NCBI GenBank assembly: GCA_010093605.1
Contig: MU004195.1
Coordinates: 62,001-126,000, forward strand
Direction of reading: 5' to 3'
DNA length: 64,000 nucleotides
Source: Lophium mytilinum
Taxonomy: Eukaryota
Part shown: piece after piece, positions 10,902 through 22,512 of the stretch
How positions within the stretch are numbered: the first letter of the stretch is position 1
Layout: each line of letters starts with the position of its first letter
Position numbers and translations under genes: made by a program
Notes under the pieces: model-generated
Database searches by the model: none
Told to the model about the DNA's origin: nothing
What the model saw: only the letters and a program-made list of their open reading frames with translations

Positions 10902-13398
10902 TCACATCAATTCAACCCGCTGCGGTTCCAAAAGAGTGGAATTTTGCACCGCGACACCATTTTGTTGCTCTTGCCTTTGTAACATCGCGTGATACTGAGC
11001 CCGAATGTTAGTCTAGTTCCTATGAAGCCCAAGTAATCAGGAAGAAATGGGAAAGAACGTACCTGAAACCCGAAATTCAAACAAAGCGCCACCACTAACC
11101 CGATACACACAATAATGGGGCCAACCTGGTTATCAAAATCTTTTGGACTCCTCTCCTTGATCATCTTCGCCCTGATCATATAAATCGCCCATCCCCATAT
11201 GAGCGTAAACACAGCGACAAGCGTATACACGACCGCCAGGGCTCTAGCGACGTTGTTCGATGGTCCAGCCGCGTTAAAAAGGCCCAAGGACAGAGAAGCG
11301 AGCAGGACACCTACATGCTGCCACTTTATGAACGTGCGCTGGTTCGCTAGCCACACTTTAGCCTCGACACGAACAGGACCTTGGTCTTTGATCCAGGAGG
11401 TTGGGTTTGAGACGCCTGGGGGTAGTCGGGCGTTAGGTGTCTGGTGAGCACGAGCGTATTTAGAGGAGGAGAAAGACGGAAGGAAGGAACGAAGACCGCT
11501 CGATTTAGTGAGGCCAGCACTAGGCATTTGCGAGTCTTCGTCGTCTGAGCCCTCTTCTGGAACGTCTTCTTTGGCAGCGGGGCTGGTGGCATAAGGGAGA
11601 GAAGAGCGCCCGGCGGAGATCCGGTCTTTGAGGGACTTGCCGCCAGCGCCCGCAGGCGAGCCAACGGGGGAGCTGATAGAGGGCCTATAGCTGCCGCTTG
11701 GTCTTGTGCCGAACAGCGACCCGACGGCAAACTCCTCTTCAGCCATTTTGGCTTTTCGGTCTTGTTCTTGTTCGAAAGCCTGCTGGGGTTCCTGGCGAAT
11801 ATCGGAGTCAACGTCAGAGCGCCAGAAAGGGAAGCTGTTGATGTTGTCTTCAAAGAGCATAGCGACACCGTGGACGAATTTCGAGAAGCGCGGCGCTCCT
11901 TTCACAAGATGCGAATCCATGAGATCGTCGACCCATTCGTACTTCTTGTAGCCTTTCACTTTGATTTCGAGGAGAGCAAAAGGGAAGCGATTGATCTCGC
12001 CTTTGCGAATTCCGCTGAAAGGGTATTCCATGGATGCATCGTCAATGTCTTTGCGATGCCAGTCCTCAGGGTCCCGGCAGGGACGCTCGGTGTCGATTGC
12101 GTCTTCCCGGATGAGAGCCAGATCGGTATCTAGTGAAATCCTGACTCTGTCATCACCAGGTATCTGGAAGGCAGTTCGAGTGTAGTTTGCCCTCAGCACA
12201 GGCTGAAGCTGGTTTTCCTTAATGAAGGCTTGTATATCATCGACGGCTTTCTGGAAATTGTCCGCGCTCTCGCTAGACTCTCCTTCCCGGTTCTGGATCT
12301 TTTGGACACTCTTTTCCATTTTGTATTTTCCTTCGATGAACTGCTCAATGTATTTCTCCTTGATAGGGAAGCGTTGCTCCTCGCTGCTGTCCCCGTCGGT
12401 GATTGTCTTCTTCTCGAACAAGATATCTGGTTTATCTGCGAGCTGTCCATACCAGCGCAGACGAAGGGAAGCGGCGTCAGGCGCCTGGTTGACCTTGTCC
12501 GTGTATAGTTTGAAGCTAGGGTTATCGAAATATACGGAGGTGAGGGTTGGATCGCGCTGGGAGCCTTCAGCAACTTTTGAGGTTTGAGGGTTGTATACCA
12601 GGACGGGCAAGCGACGAAGGATGACTGTTTTGACTTCAAGAAGGTTTTCAGGATGGACCCAGACTATAGACTCATCAGCACGGTGACTCTGGTAGTGTAA
12701 TGAAAATTCGACTTACATTTGTGTGATGTGAAGCTCTCCCCGCCCGTATGGCTCTCAGCGAAGGATAGTGATTCCTTAGTCTTCCCGTCCAGACTCTGCC
12801 GCACAAACGAGTACATAGCCGACAGCCTATACAACAACGGCGAATAGTCCTCCTTGTTGAACGGTAGTTCTGCAATCCGGGTGTCAAGGAACGCCCTGAG
12901 CTTGTACGCCTCTCCGCGTTTCCGATCATGTTTCTTGGTGGCCTTATATAACGCCGTATAGTTGATGCGACAGTATTTCTCGAGCTCATTGACTTCTCTC
13001 GTAATCTTATCCAGCTCCTCCAACACCTCTTTCAGTATCTTCTCCCTCTCCTCCGAGGCCACCTCCGGCTTCTTATCCGCACCATTGGCCTCTCCTTCAT
13101 CACCAGCATCTTTTTTTAGACCAATCGCTATTGGGTCCAGCTTCGATTCGCATGCTGTCGTCCGATCCCGTAGCTTCTGATAAGTGTCCGCTTGGAACGC
13201 GTGCACCTTCTCCAGCTGCACGTTCAGCAGTTCGTCCACGAACGCGCTCTCATCGTCAGCTGTCCATTGGTCGTCATCATCTTCAACCGATGACCCGCCA
13301 TCACTCTCCTTCAGCAGCTTCTTCAGCTTGTCATAGTCGACGTACTTGTCCTTCCATGGCGCGTAGGTGGTCTTGCGAAGGGTGGTGCCGAAGCGCAT
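10902..13398 (-). CDS. VTC2: Vacuolar transporter chaperone complex subunit, Vtc2/Vtc3-type (SPX + VTC + 3-TM DUF202)
   Basis: Exons 13398-12717, 12663-11063, 10994-10902. SPX start MRFGTTL..PWKDKYVDYDKLKKLLKE; HKFWVHPENLLEVK; LRLRWYGQLADKPDILFEKK; RFSKFVHG. VEAKVWLANQRTF is Vtc2/3-like rather than the Vtc4 VEPKVYFA. Confidence 0.88.
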
Positions 13399-13822
13399 GC
13401 TATGCGGTAAGGATGGTAATCGCGAAGTGGGAGGAGCTGCAAGACGCTGGTCAATTGGTGATAGCAATGGTGTTTGGCAGAGTCTATCGAGCTGTGGAGG
13501 AGAGCTGTGAATTGTGCCAGGGAAGAAGCTTGGGAGGCGGGGAGTTCGCGGTAGCCAATAGCAGGACGGCCGAGACCCCCGTGCGTGGGGGTTCTTCCTT
13601 CGGATCTCCAACCACCTCGGAATTCTGGCACCACAGTCTATATTACAACCTCGATTCAGGTTTCACGCATAGCAGGTACGATAGTTATTGGCCAGTCATT
13701 CATAACCTATTATCCTTGAGGGCTGAGTGCTCTGCAAATACGTAGGGAATTGAATGAATGTCAGATTGAGGGTTTGGGGTATTTTTCAACCTCGATTTCA
13801 TGAACACCCATCGTTCAGTTTC

Positions 13823-15895
13823 TCACCACACTACCTGCCAAACTGTCGCACTGAATCCCACAATTTGAGAGAAAGCCTGATCTCTCTGGTCCAAATTCAT
13901 CAAAACCCACTCCTTGCCTGCCTTGCTAACCAGCCGCAAGTCCTTCCCAGAATCGTTCTTCACCGTGGGCATGTTCTTTGTCACAAGGCGATCCAACTTC
14001 TCAAGATTGCTGATCTGATCGTAGGGAAGGTGCCAGTGTACTCTGTGCCCGACGTTTGAGACGAAGCGAACAGAAGAGGCACTTATGATCAGATGACCTG
14101 TGCTGTCATCGTGATGAGCAGTATAGAAGCCGTAATCATGCAAGTCTTCCGGGCCTGAAGCCACTTTGGTCGACAGGGCGGCTGGTGAAGGCGTAGCTTG
14201 CTCTGCGTAGTGAGCACCTTCGGCTTGGATATATTTGATGGTCCATTCGGCTATTGGGGGAGACATGAACACTATGCACTGTGAATCTTTGAGAACGACT
14301 AAGTTTGGACTTACCATGCGTAGGAACGTTCCAGAATAATCGCTTTGACGGCGACACTAGGAGTCGATATTCCGGGAAATTGGTGGCAACGGGAAAGAGA
14401 CCGAAGAACATGACGCCTGCACCCAAGGTCGCGGATTTGGCCAACAGCCAAACAGGCGCAAGGGTAGTGATGAGGATCGCAATGACGAGTATTGAAAGCG
14501 TGGCCATCGTCCGGCTAGGTACTGTCCACTCGTAGAAGCTAGGAACACATGAGTCTCGCTGTTAATCGTACTGATGGCGGATGGAATACAGACTTGCGCA
14601 TACTCTCAAAGAAACCAGCTAAGTCAGCTAATTGAATCATCAGCCAACTGCCTGAACCTTCAAGAAGATCATTCGCCCATTTCTCATCTCCTTTCTTCTC
14701 GATGAACTCGGTAAGTGAGAGGGCTGTCCTGTTCACGTCTTCCCTATGCTTAATGTCTTCGCGAAGGTTCTCCAGGGTGTTACGATTGACACGCCGCTCT
14801 ACGACGAAATATAGAATAGCGGTGAGCTGATCTTACGTCAGTTTCTATCAATTGAATGTAACAACCTAGGGAGGAATTACGACGCCAGGGAGTATCAGGT
14901 TCAAATACCACAGTGTGAGGTAGATCAACAGATACTTGGCTGTTTCCGCGCGGCTCTCCCAGCGGTAGACTCGTCGGGTTGTCATGATGAACTCCTGGAA
15001 CGGTGAAGAGGCAACTATCAGGCGCTCGATGTTTGGCAAGATGGTCTCTTTGGACGGCGTGGGCGGATCAGAAGCGAAGCCAATATACTGACCTCCATAC
15101 TGTTGAGCATAGAAGATCAAAAGCTGCGGCATATTAGCAGAAGTCTTCGATAACGTTACCATTGATGATGATGCTTGCATGCTGTCCGTAGGCCTTCCAA
15201 TCCATTACGATATCTCCTTCGGTGTTCTTTGTCTCAAACTGTGCTCTAGACTTCCTCGTAAAGGTATCTCGTGGCATCACCCTGACTTTCGTAACATGTC
15301 GATCGAGCGTCCATCGAACAAATGTGCTTTGTCGTTCTTTCATCAACTTGGAGAGATCCTGGATAGCAAGTAACTTTTCTTCATCCGTCTTCGCACGCTT
15401 GATCACGGTATGAGCATTGACAAGATCGACCTCCTTGCCGTGAGCGATCTCTTTCGCAGCGATATTCGCGGCGAGTTCGTGATTGCCCTGTCCAGAAACT
15501 TTGGACTTCACCGTGTCGACTGGGTTAGTGACAAAGTCTTTCAGCGTACGTTTCTCTGGCATCGGCAGTTTGTCTACAAGCCGCGAGTCGGACTTCTCGT
15601 TGCTGGTATCTGCGAGGACCGGCGATTCAGAGCTAGGATTGTCAGAGCTTTCGCTGATGTGGAACGTTTTCCTAAGCTTTGCCGCAGCCTCATGTTTGCG
15701 CTCTTTGATCGAATTGAGGAGGTGATTGGATGATGATCGTGTAGAAGCAGCTTCGGTGTCCTGGCTAGGCGGGTTGCCGCTCCTTGGCGTATGTCCTCCG
15801 GGAAGCTGGATCTGTCCGTTATGATCGATGACGGACCGATCAAGCCCTATCTCGAATTCGTCGAATGGGACAAGCTCCTCCCGTGGAGCCTGCAT
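13823..15895 (-). CDS. Conserved fungal membrane protein with two hydrophobic hairpin segments and a C-terminal PH/GRAM-like region (multi-exon)
   Basis: ORFs 15134-15895, 14866-15180, 14539-14736, 14136-14507 and 13823-14317 are separated by intron-like GT..AG gaps; hydrophobic segments YLLIYLTLWYLNLILPG and LSILVIAILITTLAPVWLL; C-terminal beta-rich GHLIIS..VRF..LPYDQISNLEK. Confidence 0.7.
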
Positions 15896-16218
15896 GTTGC
15901 CTGACTGAACCTGCGCTAGTGGTTCAGGTTGTATCGCTCGCTTGCTGGTTGAAATAGTGAGAAGGATGAAAGCTGTGTTCGAGTTAGGAATAAAGTTTCG
16001 AGGTCGTAGTTGTGAGAGGGATCGCTATACTGAGAAGCACTTTGATCAGGTGGTTGCATTTTGCCTGACGTAGAAGGGTCCTTCCACCGTCATGTCATAC
16101 CGCATATAGCCTAGCGCGCAACCACATAAGTCTAAATCCAGTCCAATTTCGAACTTCAAAATCTAAAGTATTAAATAAAATCGTTATGGCTTTCTAGGTC
16201 ATTCTCGTCCCTTAATAT

Positions 16219-18711
16219 CTACGACACCTTGATCACACTCCATTCTCCCTTCAGATGCTCCAGCCCCTTCACCTCACCATCCTTCCCTACAACCAAAACT
16301 CCAATTTCCTTTCCCTCCTTGTCCACCAAGGTAGTCTTGCTCCCCTCTTGAACCCCATACAACCTCACCTCTCCGCCGCCACCTAGCCAATCATATCCAA
16401 ACCCGCCCTCTCCCTCTTCCTTCCCAAGCACTAACACTGTTCCTTCCCTCACAAACAATGGCAGCGTCAAGAATCCATGCTGCTCCTTCCTCCACCCCGA
16501 CCCCTGAAGCACTTCGCCGCTCCAATAGTTCGTCCACCGCCCCTCCGGCAGGTAGAACTGCACATCACCCTCTTCCGTAAACACAGGCGCCGCCAGAATC
16601 TGTGAGCCAACCATAAACTCCCTATCACACTGCCACGCCGTTGGGTCATCCGGGAACTCGAGCGCTACAGCCCTTAAACTGATTGGCCACCCATTCGCCC
16701 AGCTTTCAACCGCTTGTGCGTAGAGATACGGCATCAAGCGACGTTTGAGTTGGACCCAGGATCTCAGCACCGCGGTCGCGTTCTCGGGTTCTTGGGAGTC
16801 GTCATCGATGAACCAGGGCACGCGGTAGGAGTTTGAACCGTGCAGTCGGCTGTGCGAGCAGAGAAGGCCGAAAGCGACCCAGCGCTTGTAGAGCCAGGGT
16901 GGTGGGGAGCCCTCGAAGCCGCCGATGTCGCAGGACCAGGACGCGAAGGAGGCGAGGCCAAGGGAAAGGCCGGCACGAACGGATTCGGCGAGGGCCGGGG
17001 CTGTGGATTCAGAGTCACCGCCCCAGCACTGCAAGAGTTAGTAGGGAGAATAAAAACGAAGAGGATTTATATGGAAGAGGTGGACGTACTAAAGGGAATC
17101 GTTGGGTGCCAGCGCATGCTGTTCTTGCGAAGAGAACAGCCTCTCTCTTACCATACCGTCGTTGAAGAGTTTCGTATACAGCCTTGTTGTAGATGAATGC
17201 ATACCAGTTATGCATACGCTCATTGTCAACAGTCTCGTCGAACCACTTTACGCCCTTTGTGGGTATGCGCTCTCCGAAATCAGTCTTGATGCAGTCCACA
17301 CCGATATCACATAGCTTCTCGATGCATGACTCGTACCAGGACACTGCAGCAGGATTCGTGAAGTCCACGAGGCCCATGCCGGTTTGCCACAGGTCCCACT
17401 GCCAGACATCCCCGTTTGTGCGGCGGACGAGGTAGCCTTTCTCTGCGGCATACTGGAAGACCGGAGATGCTTGGCCGACATACGGGTTCGTCCAGACACT
17501 GATTTTGTTGACCAGTCCCGCTTCTTTTAGTCTCTTGATCTGGCCGGCTGGGTCAGGGAACTGTTCGGTGTCAAAGACGAAGTCGCACCAATGGAAAGCC
17601 CGAAGCCAAAAACAGTCGAAATGGAAGACCTCGACCGGAATGGCACGCTCTTGCATTTGGGTAAGGAAGTTTGATACGGTGGCTTCGGAGTAAGATGTTG
17701 TGAAGGAGGTGGATAGCCAAAGACCGAAGGACCAGGCTGGAACAGCTGGTGGAAGGCCTGTTAGGCGGGCGTACTTTGAAAGTATTGTTTTTGGGTCAGG
17801 CCCATAGATGATATACCTAGCATGAGTTAATGATGGTCTCAAGCGATTTCAAAGCTGATTGGAGTCTTGGATTGACACTCACCACTTCAACCTTTGCGCT
17901 TCGACAGCCATTTGTACTCGAGAGCACCTCTCACTCCCGATCTCCAGGTCGACTTTGCCAGGAGTGTCTACGAAGATACCGTAACCCGCCGAACTCAGCC
18001 AGAAGCTTACATTCTTATACGCTTGATCCGAACTCGTTCCGCCGTCTTCATTCCAAACCTCAATGTTTTGACCAACACGATTCCAAGCTCCGAATCGCTC
18101 TCCGAGACCATGGATACTTTCGCCCACTCCAAGCTGGGTTTGTGTGAAGATGTAATGTGCAATCCCATTGCTGCCCAGTTCACTGACTTGCTTTGGATTG
18201 CTCACTGCAGGACTGTATGCCAGACCAACGCTCCTGTTCAGCAGCGAGGTCACTTCAGCTCCGGTTATTGAGTCGTGGAATCGGATGTCGAAGGCATGCG
18301 GGTCTGGGCCTACGGTCGCGCTGAGACTCCCACTCGTGATAGTTGTACCAACAGCCTCAGTCTTGCTGATGTTCGCAGAGTTTTCTGGTTTGCCGTCGGG
18401 GTATAAATCAAAGTTCGGACCAACTCTTTTGGCACCTGCGAAGTGCGTGACTTCGAGGGAAATGACGCCGTCGAATTGAGCTTCAATCTCGACATTTAGA
18501 GTTGCTAGATTCAATGTGTCGCCACGGGAAAAAATGCGGCGGGTGGGACAGAGTAGATTTAGAGCCTTTCCATCAGGCCTTGGAGTCACTGTGTAGATGT
18601 CTTCGGCGTATTGGACTGTCTTGTCTTGGGCAACGAGCCACATGCCTGGCGGAGGAATTAGTTGGCTACATGAAGGTCTGAGAAGAGTGACGAACCATCG
18701 CGGAATTTCAT
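16219..18711 (-). CDS. Glycoside hydrolase family 31 alpha-xylosidase (YicI-like, no signal peptide)
   Basis: Micro-exon MKFRDG at 18711 then GMWL; GLGERFG, WNEDGGTSSDQAYKN, WSFGLWLSTSFTTSY, HFDCFW, nucleophile KTDFGERIP, acid/base WSCDIGGFEG, SHSRLHG; introns near 18695, 17880 and 17090. Confidence 0.93.
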
Positions 18712-18910
18712 GGCGGCGGTAGCTTTCAGGCTTCGTGTAAAAGCTGGGTGGCTGATTGCAGATTACTGGAGAAGTTCGTGGTCTTAATAGTATTGATCAT
18801 GCGCGAGGGCCTCTCAATGGGATGATTGAAAAGTTTGGCAGCCGACGACGTCCGATGTGGTCGCAGTGCTACCTACAACAAACACCCCACCACATCCCAC
18901 CAATATTTCA

Positions 18911-18917
18911 TTTAGCC
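18911..18917 (-). promoter_or_regulatory. XlnR/Xyr1-type site GGCTAAA upstream of the alpha-xylosidase
   Basis: tttagcc 200 nt upstream of the ATG; GGCTAG at ~19093; CreA-type SYGGRG (ccccac) at ~18886. Confidence 0.45.
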
Positions 18918-19357
18918 TAAATGCACGTACCCGCGTTGGAGGAACCATTCGTGTCGCGACGCACGTCAGCAGGTGATGCCGGCACACCGGGGGCCGTGAT
19001 GCATGACCTCGCTTGGCGGGAGATCTTTGGCCGAACGCAGGTTTCTCCGTGGTGGCGTGTTTTTCCTCCCTCTCGAAGAAGGGATACTAAAAGGCTAGAT
19101 TTCACGCTCGGAAGAAAGCTGAAAAGGCGGATGATTTACTGAATTTATTCCGGAGATAGGACTCCGGGTTAGAACCGGCAGCAGCTCATTACCAGAATAT
19201 CCGCGCTCGTGAAAACAGTCATGAATAATGTAATACATGGCTCTTCAAAGACCGATGTAAACTATTCCGATATCTTTGTTGATATTGCAGTGAAGAGCAT
19301 GATGAATCTTAGCAACATATAGATATATAAGATTCGAGGTTTAGTAGACTGCCAATT

Positions 19358-22096
19358 TCAGACAGGCTGCTCCGTTGCTGAAGGTGGAACAGTGGTATCG
19401 TGTTCCTTGTCGAAGGAGTATGGTTGTGGAAGAGGAATCGCTTTTGATCTGGTAGAATCGGATGACAATGACGAAGTTGTAAAGGAGCTATTCGTTGTAA
19501 ATGAAGACGTAGTAGATGAGTCGAATGCGGCAGCCGAAGATGTGATTGAAGAATTGAGCCCAGTGACCGACGATGCCAAACTGCGAATAGAATCAAGGCC
19601 AGTATTACTTCGCTTCAAGGATATAGAGTCGTCAATACCTGGAGTTAATGCAAGGTCTGCGACTGGATATTGATAACAGATTCTGCAAAACGTGGCCGTG
19701 GACATGTTTTGTGTCTCGTAGAATGCCTTCATAGTATTGCTAGTTGTTGTTGCTGAAGGTCGCGCATGGCCATTAAAGTTGAGCATAGGCTTGATGAAAG
19801 CTTCGAATAGTTTGCACGCCCAAGCAGGTAAATGGTCGTTGTCAACAGAGAACCACGCATCAACTAGATCTAAAGTGGCGTGATAGGCATGCGTCGGTCT
19901 TTCGAGTTCTTCGTCCATTCGATAGCGAAAGTCGTGGTACTCCTTCAAACTCCTGCCGCAAAGCACATTGACGATCTCGGTCAAAACGCAGCCTAGGGAG
20001 AACACATCCGCAGATGTATTTCTACGCTCCCACGCGATGACTTCCGGTGCACTATACATTCGAGTGTGGCCATACGCTGGCCCTTCCGTAGAGGCTGCAT
20101 TCTCTTCCAAGAACGCACGGCTTGACCCAAAGTCCGAATATACAATCCGCGTCCCTTGAACCAGAATGTTTTTCGTTTTGATATCTTTGTGACGAACCCC
20201 GTGGCCATGCATGAATGCTAATGTTGTGGCCAGACATAATATCCATTTTTCAAGGAGCGGCGAGAGCTTTGAGGTCGCGGTTGTACCGTCTTGCTGATCC
20301 AACCAAGTCTCTAGGTCTGCCTGCGCCAGCGGCTCCAGAACGATAGAATACTGCTGCTTCTCTTGGTACGTACAGTAGATACTGACAATATGCGGATGGC
20401 GCATAGATTTGATGACAGCGATTTCGTTCTCTATCATTTCGCGGAGTTGCCGCTCACTACTGCGGCGTAAAAACATGGACTTCCTTGCGTATTGGTTGCC
20501 GTATAATTCAACGCTCTCAACTTCGGCGAATGCACCTCTACCAATTCTGTCTATACGGACGAAGGGTGCTGGCTTTACGATCTGGGTACCGGGTAGTGTT
20601 CCAAACTCGAAATGAGTCAGACCATGTTGTGCAAGTCTCTTTTGAAAAGCGCTCGTGACAGCAACTCGCCCGTCATTGTGAGCTTGAAGCAACGTCTCAG
20701 CCCCAAAGAATACATGTTGGGAGAATTCTTGGGCCTTGGACTCGTGACCTTGAATATGGGAGAGATAAATAGCAGTATCCATGTCGCACAAAAGCATCAT
20801 TGTTTTGTTCATCGTGAAAGTGTCTTGAACCACCCTCTCCATTCGCAACGCAGCTTGATCAGGACGACCAAGTCTGGCTTCGCAGGCGGCAATCGCTCTT
20901 TCAAGACGTAAAGTCCTCTTAGCTTGATATTCAACCGAGGTATCTCTTGTTCGGTGCAATCGGGGATCGGCAAGCAACGCAGCAATGATATTCTCTGCTA
21001 AAGAAAAGATTTCTAGATCGGCCCAGCTTAGGAAGTCCGTTATAGTCCATAATTCCATGTGCTCGTACGCAATTGACTGCAGGGTGTTGTAGGTAATACA
21101 GTGACGGAAAAGACTGAGAGAGTCCCGCTGGGGCTGTGAAAGCGTGCATTGTTGGAGAATATGGTAGCTTTCCAACGTGTGTGGGTGCTCCCTGCCTAAC
21201 CGATAGCAACGGCCTAAACAAGCCTCTAGAAGTAGGACTGAAGCGGCTTGCTCCTTGCCAATGGAAAGTAAATGTGCACCATAAGTGTGGAAGACCCTGA
21301 GTGTGGTGTAATGCCAGTTTCCTAGAGTTATAGAGCTTAGAACCAGGGCATGGCAGAACTGATAACTAGCTTCCTCAAGCTTCCCCATCCCAGCGTACGC
21401 GCGAGCTCGATTGAGCACGATGCTTGTGGATAAGATGTGCGGAAGATTGGTTCCAAAACGGATATCGAGGGTTTCGAGTACTGTTGAAGCATCTTGGAAA
21501 CGACCACTTATGTTGAGTATTAGGCTCAAAGTATCCAATGTGAACGGCAAGTAATCCCTGGGTTGAAGTCCAGCTTGGAAGTTTTGAGGGACGTCGTTTT
21601 CGCTCATAGTTTGGAGAAGGCTATGGCATAATTCTTCGGCATGTCCCAGGAGCCGCTCGTTGTCAGCTAGAAACCGGGCAAAGTCACTAGCGATCCGGAC
21701 GCGGAGAAGATTCTTTGGAGATAGTGTTCGGCTCGTGATCATAGCGGCCTTGTAAGCTTGTTCAGAATTTTCATAGTGACCCAGGCTTTGGTAGACACGT
21801 GCGAGAAGGTGCCAATCCGTGAAATCATCACTAAGGAGCTGAGGGGAGGCTTGCTTCTTCATTCGTAGGATTTCCACTAGGGATTTGCGTACTCTGTTTA
21901 ACTCGGCAGTCACGTGCTCTGCATCTTTCAGATAGTCCGTAGTCAGGGAAGCACGTTGCTCGATCTCAAGCAAAGCGAGGGCATCATGATGAGTGTTCGC
22001 TCGATCGATTGCCCTTTGCTCTTCCTCGGAAACTTCGGTCTGGCGAGATAGCCATTGGATGGACTCCTCGTGGAGTGAACGAAGCCTCGAAAGCAT
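19358..22096 (-). CDS. TPR-repeat + Ser/Thr protein kinase, ~912 aa, intronless
   Basis: N-terminal helical repeats (LARVYQSLGHYENSE, LGNWHYTTL, LGREHPHTL); kinase motifs IGRGAFAEV, YARK, HKDIKTKNIL, DFG, YSAPE, DVFSLG; Ser/Thr-rich tail. First ATG at 22096. Confidence 0.88.
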   Translation of the reverse strand: MLSRLRSLHEESIQWLSRQTEVSEEEQRAIDRANTHHDALALLEIEQRASLTTDYLKDAEHVTAELNRVRKSLVEILRMKKQASPQLLSDDFTDWHLLARVYQSLGHYENSEQAYKAAMITSRTLSPKNLLRVRIASDFARFLADNERLLGHAEELCHSLLQTMSENDVPQNFQAGLQPRDYLPFTLDTLSLILNISGRFQDASTVLETLDIRFGTNLPHILSTSIVLNRARAYAGMGKLEEASYQFCHALVLSSITLGNWHYTTLRVFHTYGAHLLSIGKEQAASVLLLEACLGRCYRLGREHPHTLESYHILQQCTLSQPQRDSLSLFRHCITYNTLQSIAYEHMELWTITDFLSWADLEIFSLAENIIAALLADPRLHRTRDTSVEYQAKRTLRLERAIAACEARLGRPDQAALRMERVVQDTFTMNKTMMLLCDMDTAIYLSHIQGHESKAQEFSQHVFFGAETLLQAHNDGRVAVTSAFQKRLAQHGLTHFEFGTLPGTQIVKPAPFVRIDRIGRGAFAEVESVELYGNQYARKSMFLRRSSERQLREMIENEIAVIKSMRHPHIVSIYCTYQEKQQYSIVLEPLAQADLETWLDQQDGTTATSKLSPLLEKWILCLATTLAFMHGHGVRHKDIKTKNILVQGTRIVYSDFGSSRAFLEENAASTEGPAYGHTRMYSAPEVIAWERRNTSADVFSLGCVLTEIVNVLCGRSLKEYHDFRYRMDEELERPTHAYHATLDLVDAWFSVDNDHLPAWACKLFEAFIKPMLNFNGHARPSATTTSNTMKAFYETQNMSTATFCRICYQYPVADLALTPGIDDSISLKRSNTGLDSIRSLASSVTGLNSSITSSAAAFDSSTTSSFTTNSSFTTSSLSSDSTRSKAIPLPQPYSFDKEHDTTVPPSATEQPV

Positions 22097-22512
22097 CACA
22101 CCGCGTCGCTGGGGATAAACATGGTATCGCTGGATGCCTTGAGAAATGGAGCCTCAGAGATCGTCCTATATGCTAGAGCATGAGGCTGGGTGCTGATGCC
22201 TTAGTATTAACAAGCGTTCATGGCCGGGGCACTAAGATGCATTTACACACCTTCTCTAACAAACTGCACAATCCCGTACATGAACTGATGCTTTCGTCGC
22301 AGCTGAAGCCGCATCAACAGAATATTTAGAGTGGCGATTCACATGGATCTCAGCTGAAACTCTACGAAGTACGGATTGCGCAGTGGGGCGTTACGGCGTA
22401 CCGTTCGTATAGAATAACAAGCTCCAATGCAGTATAGTATGCCGTACTACCTCTTCTCGAAACAGAACGTCGCTTCAATTCTCAAAGCATCACGACAATT
22501 GTTCGCCCTGCC

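Noticed and set aside
10902..13398. VTC4 (catalytic polyphosphate polymerase) assignment
   Set aside because: Diagnostic motifs match Vtc2/Vtc3 better.
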